Of a stretch of 64,000 nucleotides of DNA, positions 53,597 to 64,000 are shown one piece after another. The notes below the pieces were generated by a model. That model was not told where the DNA came from and did no database searches. It saw only the letters and a program-made list of their open reading frames with translations. The stretch is taken from contig JYFJ02000112.1 in assembly GCA_000934665.2 (NCBI GenBank), forward strand, positions 1-64,000, in the 5' to 3' direction. This stretch comes from Catajapyx aquilonaris (lineage: Eukaryota). Position 1 is the stretch's first letter, and each line of letters begins with the position of its first letter. A program made the position numbers and the translations under genes.

Positions 53597-55691
53597 GTGA
53601 GTTTGCACCGTGTTTTTTTCTCTCTCTCTCCTTCCATGGTTCAACTCTCTTTATTAAACTGCGTCTGACACTGACACGAAAATTAGCTCTACTGTTACGG
53701 AAAATGGGTATAAAATCTGGTGAAAACTGCGGGTTACGCAATTTTCCCCCCTCCTACACGTTTATACATACGAATTATACTGCAGACATCGGCTTGTGCA
53801 TAGAAATTCAGACGTTCCTGTGCCACCATGGGGTTCGATCCCCGGACAACTTCGCCTCCTTCAATGCACACAGGAATGAATTTGCCGCGTATTCCCCTCC
53901 AACGCAACGTGCCGATTTATCCCGAATTTTTCGCACATGTCCCCCCCTACCATTTATTAACCTGGAGCCAGACAATCAAAATCCAAGTGGAAAAAGAGGC
54001 AGCGCAACAAAATGTTAGGCTCCGAGCTTGCCCCCAAATGAAATTCAATCGATTTGATTTGTATAAACGACCAATTTGAAGCAAGCTGGACCGCTTAGGC
54101 GCCCAAAAAACGACATGAAAATCAGAGTCGATATATTATATTATAGGTTTCATGAGAGGGGGAGAGAGAGTCGAGTCAATGGTGTTCCCTAGAAACCCAT
54201 CAGTTTCATTCCCCCCCACCCATGGCAACACCCTGCTTCATTTCCTCGCCCAGGATTTAGTTCAGTTGTGACGGATTATGGGGGAGGAGATGAGACCACA
54301 ACAGATATTGCGTGCATAATGAGACAGATGCCGGCGCCATGATGTAAAGACTGCGGTTAACCCCCAATCGCATTAAAAAGCGTTGCCCAGGTGTCGGCAC
54401 GTGATAGGGACTTAATTACTTTCCCTTGATATTACACACAGAATCTGCCGCCATTTTATTTCCTCGTAGGAAGGTTTATTAATTTCCCAGCGAGTGACCA
54501 CTGTGTGCTTTGCAATGCAATGGGAGAGGATGGTGGGGGAGAAGTAAATCCGACTCATTTTCGCTCCAGAGGATCTGCAAACTAATTTCGCTCATTAGCC
54601 ATAACTCACGGGAGTCGGTGAAAACTGCGTGTGTGTTCATTGTCTTGCATCTTGTTGACACTGGGGTTCTTCTCCCAGGAGTGCAGAAAGGAGTTGCTGT
54701 GTGACTTTGTCTCGGAGGGCTTCCCAGAGTAAATCACCAGGTTGTTGGACTTTTGGATTTTCGGGGATGGGGTGCTCATCATCAAGTTTTAGATGAGAGG
54801 GGACCACGTGCTTATTATTGTCTAATATTACGGCAGGCCCAACTTTAAATCACTTTGCCTTCATCATCCCTTGACTTACTCCTTCCTTATTAAGTTGGAA
54901 GCGTGACAGCGTTAATGGTCTCCACACGTGGCATTTATTATTATTCTATTACGGGGAGTGTCGTTTCATGGGCCCGGAACATTACTTCTGTCCGGAGTAT
55001 TACTCAACTTCTTTTCAATTCCGCTTTATTGGATCGGGCAGGGTCATTGTTTGTCTTTCATAAGAAGCATTGCTGGGAGAGAGGGGGGACAGATCCGCTA
55101 TTATATGTCTGGGCCTGACAAGATGACATCCGAAGTGACAAGGTGACAGGTCTCCCACCTAATTAGCATACCATTTGAATTATAAAGGGTGCAACTAGGT
55201 TCCCTGATGGCCCGAAATTGCGCAATCAGGGGACGGCCAAATAAGCCGTGGGTGTTGGGACAGGTCATGGGAGGTCAAACGCCCAATATGTTGCGAAGAA
55301 ACTGTAGCTTCAATTATTGTCCAAATCTAAAATGTGTATTCATATTATTGCAAACTCTCAAACAGGAAGCTGTTACAGCACACTGCAAAAAAAACCAATT
55401 TATATCAGAACCAGTATTTTTGTCATATAAAAAAATCGCATATGTACGTGCTACACAGCAAAACTAGTCTGCTGCCTGCGCAAGCAACAGGTGGTATCCT
55501 CAATAGTCGCTGCTGTGCTGACAGCTACCGATTTACGACATTTAATATCATACAAAAAGGATATTAATAAGGCATATCCTATACAACCTGTCACGCTCAG
55601 CTGGATTAGCCACAGAAAAGGTCAAACCAGCCTCAGTTTCTGTTTGTCACACATTGAAATAAATTGGCACATTTTTTTTTTTCAATTTCAG

Positions 55692-55817
55692 ATCCACCTC
55701 TAGTCAAAGAGCCGAGCATTCCCAGATCCCACAAGGTATCGTGGGTTCTAGGCAACATAACCAGCACAGTGGCGATTGGTATCACCATCGGATATTGGTC
55801 GGCAGTCTATAATCCAG
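55692..55817 (+). CDS. rost: rolling stone-like, coding exon 3 (DPPLVKEPSIPRSHKVSWVLGNITSTVAIGITIGYWSAVYNP)
   Basis: Strong acceptor (T-run, then caatttcag), 126 nt, phase 1-1, donor CCAG|gtaagg. Carries the K..W.L and IT..YW motifs of the family. It is absent from the ORF track. Confidence 0.92.
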
Positions 55818-57450
55818 GTAAGGTGGCAATTTAAGTGTTAATTATCCTCCCTTTTTTTTGTGTCTTTCGCCGGCTCATTTATATACTATCGGTTACGACC
55901 CGCCAGTCATTCCCACGAACACGGATGAGGCGGTTACGTGTAATTTCGGTCGATCGATCACATAATATTTCGTGATCCGACACCGAATTGTTATTTCCTT
56001 ATCCGCGTCACACACACAATACTTTGTAATTGATTGCACAAGTTACACGCGTGATGTCCTGAAAGAGTTCAAGTTTTTGGCCGAAACCCGGACGGTTGAT
56101 GGGTCTCCAAGTTATTGCAACCGGTTTATGACTGAAGAGATAACTTTCTCATATCCAGCGATGAATATTAAGTATACACACGGAACCTTTCCGCCTTCCC
56201 GATTTTTGCAGTTATTTCGTTTTGAGCTTTCCTTAATTACCTAATCTGATGTTTCGGCTTATTTTTGGTGGCAGTATAGCGGCCTGTAACACTTGGGCAC
56301 CTTCTGGAAAGAGGGCAAACATGTGAAGGCTGCAACGGCACAGGTTATGCAGGATATCCATCGGAAACCGGTCGTAATGATCAAGGCAGCACTGGATTTT
56401 CGAAATCACAGGTCGTCAAATCCGGCGGAAAAAAAATTTATTCTAATCGCCTACATACTGGTAAAACAATATGTAAGTTACAGAGCAGCATATTTCGTTG
56501 CCCTACTTTTTTTACCATTGTTACAAGGGAATTGAGAGTAACTTCAATTAGCTGGTACACCTAACAATCACCCATTAAAGAGAGATAAAAGCGCAATTAA
56601 ATACCCAGCAGTTATTACTATGCTGGAGATATTACCTTCAGTACTATTACTGTGGTAAGGATGCAGGATAGACAGCTCAAGATGTGTTGATTTACTTCAA
56701 ATATGGTAACACACATACACAAAGCACACAGAACCCAGAAACCAGAAAAATGACACAGTAAATTATTTGAAGTAACATGCAACTCTCACCACGTCCGTAA
56801 AGATAACATCTTCCTACAGCCCGATCCTTTAACAGCCCAAATATTTTTTTCGGGCCAATAAGCGCCAGGAAGGGTTTATCTTAGGATAAAATCAGATGCA
56901 GAAAGAAAGGGGGGGAAAAAAAAACATGCAGAAAAATTTTATAGCCGGACGTCTTCCACACTCGTTTGGTTTTCCTGCTCTAAATACCCTGCTAAACGTC
57001 AGTTTCCACATGCAGCATCGTACAACACGTGATCGAGAGCATCGTGCTCGAAATGATAGGTATGGCGTACGGGACTTGCCATTGATTTTAAAACCAGATC
57101 GGTCCCACCATACACGTTTCTCGGATAGAAAGTATACACCTTCCTGGAGTGTGAACTAGACAAGAAAGTGACATTTTTCAGGCCACGTCCATGACCTACG
57201 ATAACTTCAGCCACTGTCGCTGTCAAAAATTGCATAACAATTCTCGTGAAATTAACTTGAATTCACAGGCCGTTAAAGTGTCTCTGAAATAATACCTTAC
57301 ATGCTCTGTAGTCAATTATTTTATAGTTGTTCAGTACATGCTATTACATGTTACATATTTGGGCTCTTAGGTACACCTGCCTTCAATTCTGCAATTTTAC
57401 CAGCAAGGTTCTATCTGTAATATGTCTAAACAACAACCTTGATCTCCCAG

Positions 57451-57860
57451 CTACATCTCATCTGGATGCCAGCAACTTCCTCACCCATCTGGTCAACACC
57501 GTGTTCATCCTAGTCGACTTGACCATCATAGCCCGACCATGGCGCATCGGCCACTTCTTCCACCCTCTGGTCTTTGTCCTGTCCTACCTCTTCTTCAACC
57601 TGGTTTACTGGGCTTGTGGAGGAACAGATGGTCATGGGAACACCTACATCTACTCCATCTTGGACTGGAACTATCCAGTTGTATCTACGGTGGTCACGTT
57701 GTCGGGTGTCATTGTGGTCCTTTTCCTCCACTCCTTTCTCTGGTCACTCTACAGACTGCGGCTTTACCTTTACACCTGTAAAAGAAAGCACACCGTTGGA
57801 ATCGACTTCAGAAAAGGTCACAGCAATTTAGGGTTGGATCTGGCAGAGAGGGGTGGTTGA
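57451..57860 (+). CDS. rost: rolling stone-like, last coding exon (ATSHLD...THLVN...HFFHP...GGT...YIYSILDW...stop)
   Basis: Acceptor ctcccag at 57450, phase 1. Motifs HxxN, P.R..H, GG and IY.ILDW are present, and TGA is at 57858-57860. The exon total 90+229+126+410 = 855 nt gives 284 aa plus stop. Confidence 0.93.
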
Positions 57861-58435
57861 AAAAGCCTTATACAATAAGAATTTTTAAAAAATCATATTC
57901 CAAATTTGTCACCGTCAACAGTACAAGTGTAATGACTAATTATGGTCTATCGAAGACCTGTTGTTTTAACAGGTGGGCTACACCGCAAAAATTTCTATTG
58001 TTGCATGTTGGTGTTGTTTGTTAATGAGATATGGTGTGCATATGTAACCAGTCACCAGTACTCCGTGAGTCGTTTCTTATTTAGGAGAAGAGAATATGTT
58101 AGGATAAATGTACAGGATAAATCAACAGGGCAATCATTTGAAAGTGAGAATACACAAAATACCTTGCAATTTTTATTCCCTAGAAAGGAAAAAAAAATGA
58201 ATAGTTTCACTTACCATTGGGAGGTTACCCCAACAACAATGGAAGTGTACATGATTTCACAGTAATGGCTTTGGACATAACACAGCATGTCTTTTATGCT
58301 ATAATTCAATTTAAATTAAAACTATATAGGTTTACATTCAATCACATGCACTTTAGTGCTTGTCCAGAACTCATTTTTAACTTATTCTGGTCACTTATGC
58401 CATGATCATAGTTAGGGCAGGGAAAAGAAATGAGA

Positions 58436-58441
58436 AATAAA
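58436..58441 (+). promoter_or_regulatory. candidate polyadenylation signal of the rost-like gene
   Basis: First AATAAA I noticed downstream of the stop codon. The hexamer is common in AT-rich DNA, so support is weak. Confidence 0.3.
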
Positions 58442-61279
58442 TATGATTACACCTGTACAGAAAAAAGCAGTCACATTTTGCTTACAGTTAGTATAATAAC
58501 ATTCCTTTAACCCGTCTCATTAAGTCATTATACCTTTTACTGTACTGAAGTCTGACTAAATATTAAGGATCAAGAACAGTACAATATGGCAGTCACTGCA
58601 GACAACAACATTATGTAACTCTTGCCTCCGTATGTATGGCTAGAATGCAATTTGCTTTATTAAGGTTGTTTATGCGTGCAGCTGACAGGTGCATTTCAGA
58701 CATGCATCGAGCTTCTTATGCACTGCTACTTTCATTAATTAGGAAAGAGGTAAAACAAATGTGGCAAGTGTTCAAAGTCCTCTAATGAAGATTTGCATTT
58801 TATGAAGTCGTTCTCATATTTTAGTGCCACAGAATTCCATACAAAATTATTGGCATCATCTTTTTATCACGTCAGGTAGATCTCAGGTAGAGCTATAAAA
58901 TGACATTCATTCATCACTGTAAACGGTAAAGGTTCAGGTGTTTGAATATTTGAAGTCATGACTTCCATTCTAACTAATGTACAGGACTTGAATGCCCTTA
59001 GTTGCAATATTACAAATCCATAGCCCTCCCAAGACAGGGTATGAAGTGAAAATGACACTAAACCTGTGACTTGAGAGAGTTTTCAAATTATTCATAAAGA
59101 TTATAAGCCATACGACAAAGGCAGGATGTGCAAAAGCTTATTTCACTAGCCCATTATTTGGACAATAAGAAACAAAAATTACTTTTACTGCTCTTCAAAA
59201 TTGATATACAAAATAATAATGACATTTGGTGTTAGCTCTTGGTGTTAGCATTGCTTATAGTTATTTGTCCATGATTCATGCCATTTCATAACAAAGAGCT
59301 AGTATCAGCCACACTTTCTCTGTCACCTGATTCTACTTGTCCTTTTTTTCATACACACTTAGATGTAATTTTATGTCTGCCTTTCTAATAACTATTCCTC
59401 AGTAATAACTGAAGTATGAAAAAGGCACACTGGAAAATGCCAAATTGCATCTATTAAGTATGTTAGTGAACATCACACTCCACTGTTACATTTGCTTTCC
59501 ATTGGTCCATGCTCATCTTTAGGGAAGGAGACCAAAAATGTAAATTTGTCAGAGGTCATAGGAATAATTATATTTTAATTTCAAATAATAGGTTCAAAGA
59601 GAAGAAGCAGACACAATAAAAAACCATGGGGACAAATATTAGGCCAGGATCTGCCACAAAAGATCTTTAAATTCATGAAACATCTGTTCCAAGTCATTAG
59701 CTCCTTTCATCATCACCCACATTGTTACTGATTAATTTTTTTCACATTTCTGAACACTACATTTTAGATGTGTTGGAACTTGGGACAATAGCTGCATCAG
59801 TTGTAACTGGTACCAATGGAAACGTTTGTTTCAGTGCCATACAGTGGCCAGAGTTGATGTGAAACGACAGGTCACAACTTAGGAAATTGCTCAATATAGA
59901 ATATAGTTTTATTTCATATATAATTATCACAACAATTATTTATTTATTTATTTGCAAAGTACACTCAGTTCATGTCAATACAGGAACCACTGCACTAGGG
60001 CATCCTTTTTCCCAAAAAACTTCAACTATTCCCAATGTGTGTTTCCAAATTGTATTGAAATATTATCAGTTTGGCCAATAACAGATAGGAAATTAGTACA
60101 GTTAGGAGGCACATACTTGTATCGTTTCATAAATTCAGGTCAATATCAAAGCCTCAAGTAGGTAAGAGTATGTTGCACCTAGAGACAAAGAGTCACTCGT
60201 TAGAATATAGTAGCAACTCTTCACTCTCCTTCAAGTTGATTTATTTTGTATTTTTAATTTTTTTTAGAGGGCCGCACACCATGCATTCACCTTGAGCCTC
60301 ACAAAGTCTGGGGATGGCCCTGGTTGTGTGGTAGAATACATCAAGATTATGAAGTTCACCACTGTATATTAGACTTGGAGCAGACATATCACTGGATTTA
60401 TGGTTATACAGAAATTACTTCTTGATGTTATTCACCCAGTTTGTTCCCATCTTTTTGACGGAAACTGCATGAAGCACAAAACAAACTAAACCTAAACAAC
60501 ATCACCTACAGTACCGTTCATAAAGAATGGTATGACTCTATATGGACAATATGCTTATACTGTTCGTAACCCCTGCGTCACCAGCATGTTTTTAGGGGTC
60601 ATGAGGAAGTCCAGGAAAAGGGAATCAAATAAAATAAAAAATAGACGAAGAAAACAAAGCGAAGTAGGAAAATTTTAGGGGGGACATTCACATCAATCTA
60701 CATAAGCATTGCACCTGGATGAACATTTTGGTATTGAAAATTTTATTCAAAAATCAGGATGGGTCATACCTTAGACAATACGAGTCACAGAGGTCCAGAA
60801 AAGGTTGTCCATAGGATTTCATCGAAATAAGGTTGGGAATAATGCTGGATAATTAGGATAAACTATTAATCCATAGAGTCATATCATTCTTTATGAACGA
60901 TCGACTGTACCACACTAGCAAAAGCTGAAAGGAAAAAAAAATCAACATTTTGCATTCTCCTATTGCTCAGACACGAGTATATTGTGAATTCTCACTTTCA
61001 ATTCACCCGGGTGTCACCTTGGAGCTGAAGTCAATGAATGTGTGTACTGGTAGTCTTACACATGTAAATTAATATCGCACTCGTGACTATCACTATAAAT
61101 CCATAAAGCTTATTTATAGAGAAATTATCTCAGAAATCATAAGAATACAAACCACTGTTACAATTTGTCTTCTTTCTTAGTCAAAATAAGTGGGTCATAA
61201 TGGAATAGCCCTGACAATTGGCAACAATCCCGAGAGGCAGAGGTCTGGTTGTCTTGTAGACGTGACACAGGCTATATTA

Positions 61280-61377
61280 TCACCACTCTGTGACTATTGG
61301 CTGTCCATAGTCTTTCTCAGTTGCCAAGTTCTTGCTGGTACGGCTGGAGTCCAGAATGTTTGTATCAGTATTATATC
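61280..61377 (-). CDS. possible terminal coding exon of a convergent gene (xYNTDTNILDSSRTSKNLATEKDYGQPIVTEW*)
   Basis: A locally GC-richer open frame in very AT-rich DNA, with a weak acceptor (ttgactgtacattag, phase 1), TGA TAA tandem stops and minus-strand AATAAA at about 60742-60747. No family recognised. Confidence 0.3.
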
Positions 61378-63810
61378 CTAATGTACAGTCAATCACAAAT
61401 GCAATATATACGAGAAGTATCAACAATATTCCTTATCCCTTCATACCTTTACATGTGTAAATGTGGTTTGTAGCATAATTGCTGAGGTAATCACATTTGA
61501 ATGTAAAAATTGTTTAGAAAAATTAATGAATACATTCTGTTAGCTCAGTATTTGAACACGGTGGCATCTTCCTGTTTACGTAACCTTTGATTTTTTTAAA
61601 TCATTTATCTCTTTTCACTGCTTTTTCAAGAGCATACAGCTTGTAAGTAAATGGCATGCCATGTGTAATGGAGAATTTGGTTTTTACAAGGGAAACAATC
61701 ATACCAGTAATAATAATTATTAATTCATGCCACTATACTAAATCACCTGATCATGTAATATATTATAGAGTTCATTTTTAAAATGCTTCCAATGAAATGT
61801 ATTGTATTATATTGTACTGCTGTTTCATATCATGAAAAACCTGTAAATCTTTTACCTTTTAAAATCATGTCATGGCACATGATTAAGAAAGAAATTTTTT
61901 GGCAATAGCTTAACTTGTCACTGTTTTAATATAATTGAAGTTCAGAATTTTATGCTTGCTCTTCACATGTGTCACTCCTGTCTCTTGTACAAACTGCAGC
62001 ATAAACATTTCCATCACTATGAAAATACATTAATATGCTGCCTATTCTCAATTTCACAAATAAAAAGTAAATGGCAAAACAGTAAATGATTTCCTATTAT
62101 GTAGTCCATATGTCAGATGGGTACAAATTTCCCCCGAATCAAATTGCCTTGTATGTATGCTACAGGTACGCAAGACATATCATTGTAATCTTAGATCTGC
62201 AAGCATCGGCACTTCAAACACGAATATCTCAAAATGACAAACAACCAAGTTACAGGATTTTGACTTGCAGCATCAGAATTCTGCTGAAGTATCACACCGA
62301 GTCCTCACATTTGTTAGATATTTAAGGGGAGAGGTCTAAATTATTATTCTCCTGAAACACATTTTTACAACTTTATTTATGCATTACAGTTTGAATTAAT
62401 CCTTGATTATTAATGCATGCACTCTTTACAAGGGCAGAATGTAATGAAACCATACAATGGATATTTGTTAGGTGCAGTCAATTTTAATAGAATGGATTAA
62501 CTCCACTACGCACAGGTTTCACTTTGAAAGTAATGCTTCTAAGAAGACATACTGTTTCCCAACGGCAGCCCACAAACAACTGAAAATTCATTAAGCATTC
62601 TGCACAAAAGAGAACGTGAACAGTATGATTTGGGTGCAAATTTACAGTCAAGCAATTGAAAGGGAATGCAAACATGGGTACTGCACAAGTAAGTGATAAA
62701 TTTCGGCCTATATCATTATACACCTGGCATAGAAAAAAAACACCATTTTGTGCAGTAAGCCCACAGAGTAAATCACTTGGGTGTTTTAGTCTACTAGTTG
62801 AGAGTACTTCCAAATAATAATCAGACCTCTGTCAAGGTGAGCAAAGAACCTCCCAAGTGATTTACCCTCATATTTCCCCTGTACTGAGGACAAACCACAT
62901 GAAACTACATTTCTTCACTATCTACAAGTTATGAAAACATACGGGAAAGAAAACACTTCACAAATTTTTCTGGGTCATTCTACTGCCATTTGAGTAGTAA
63001 AGACATATCCATTATTACTTTTTTTTTTCTCAAGTCAGAAGTTTATGATTTTAAATGCGTCAATTTCATCATATCACTACTGATCCCTATTCATCCTTGA
63101 CAGAGATGTCCCAACAATGTTTTTGAATAATGAAAAAGTCAAAGTCTCATTATTTGGTCCTTCATTCTGAATGTTAACGAAAAGTTGGATCCGGAGAGAA
63201 CTGCAAAACCCAGTCCTCATTCCTCTTTCTCAATTCATCATGCCGATATCAGGGTACATTGAAATTTTCAGTTTTGCAGTACAGATGAATTATTACAGTG
63301 AATATCAACATACATGCTTTATGCAGTCATACTACAAAATTACAAAATGCCTTCATTTGCATTATTCATGTCAACTTCATACATAGTTGTCACCATTTGA
63401 TACTGAAATACACATTTCGACTGAAACATAGCTTCGAATCATGGGATACAAATAGCTCCATGAAACTGTCACAAAAGCACAATACACGCTCACTGGTTGT
63501 GTATGAATGACATGATATTTCCTAGTAAAAATAAATAATTACATTATGAGTCACTTAGTGTTCCAGATGAACCATACAGACAGTTGGCTTGTCTCACATT
63601 TACCACATATTTGTAACATTGTATGCGCAGCACTGGTGACAAAGGGCACTTTGATGTTCTTTTAACTATCAAAAAATGACAGTTGAAGGAAGCACAATTA
63701 TTCTACTTATTTTTGATAAATCAACTCTGTATACCGTAGTATGAAAGACAATATAAATACCCGACATGTAGGCCATGCTGTGTGACAGCATTGTTTCCTT
63801 CACTGCAACC

Positions 63811-63837
63811 TCATGTCAGCGTTTCACCTTTCGTCAC
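63811..63837 (-). CDS. possible short terminal exon of a convergent gene (VTKGETLT* if phase 0)
   Basis: Strong acceptor attttctttgcag at 63838. All three frames stop within 27 nt, and the frame cannot be fixed without the upstream exons. Confidence 0.25.
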   Translation of the reverse strand: MTKGETLT

Positions 63838-64000
63838 CTGCAAAGAAAATAATGACAATTAGATACAGGTAAGTACAGTACATAATAAAGCTCTGCAGTA
63901 AACCACTAGCAACAACTCAGGTATCACTGTGATAACATTGATTGCTAGTAACCATTGTACTGTTCATACATCTTGGTAAGTTCCAAACATTCCAGTTCCT

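Noticed and set aside
53829..53846. Isolated B-box-like GGTTCGATCCC
   Set aside because: No A box, cloverleaf or SINE body.
53335..54018. 227-aa ORF taken as a single CDS
   Set aside because: Only 53368-53596 is Rost-like. The rest is intron read-through past a consensus GTGAGT donor.
57327..57450. N-terminal part of the 177-aa ORF
   Set aside because: It lies upstream of the acceptor at 57450, so it is intronic, and it has a non-ATG start.
1..64000. Prokaryotic/viral systems (CRISPR arrays, operons), rRNA, snRNA, transposase or reverse transcriptase ORFs
   Set aside because: I saw no regularly spaced repeats, long ORFs or recognisable motifs. Spliceosomal introns, a SINE and microsatellites show this is animal DNA.

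Overview
Eukaryotic, almost certainly arthropod, genomic DNA. It is about 98% non-coding, and nearly all ORFs in the supplied track are chance ORFs. One complete gene is well supported: a + strand rolling stone (rost)-like multi-pass membrane protein with 4 coding exons (53216-57860, 284 aa after manual GT-AG splicing). A second, divergent gene is inferred from a single signal-peptide exon on the - strand (41422-41325). I found no second exon, so positions 1-41324 are probably one intron of more than 41 kb, rich in G/C homopolymer tracts and TAATTA motifs. The window also holds a tRNA-derived SINE with a 17-bp TSD, a TA-flanked pogo/Tigger-type MITE, another MITE-like inverted repeat, long foldback palindromes (178 bp and 88 bp) and microsatellites. 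A CpG-poor, AT-rich domain starts at about 57.4 kb and may contain the 3' end of a convergent gene. I found no convincing novel biological system. The best leads are the unidentified secreted/membrane-protein gene, the predicted AIG1/ADTRP-like Thr/His dyad in Rost, the foldback hairpins and the CpG boundary. All counts and alignments were done by eye.
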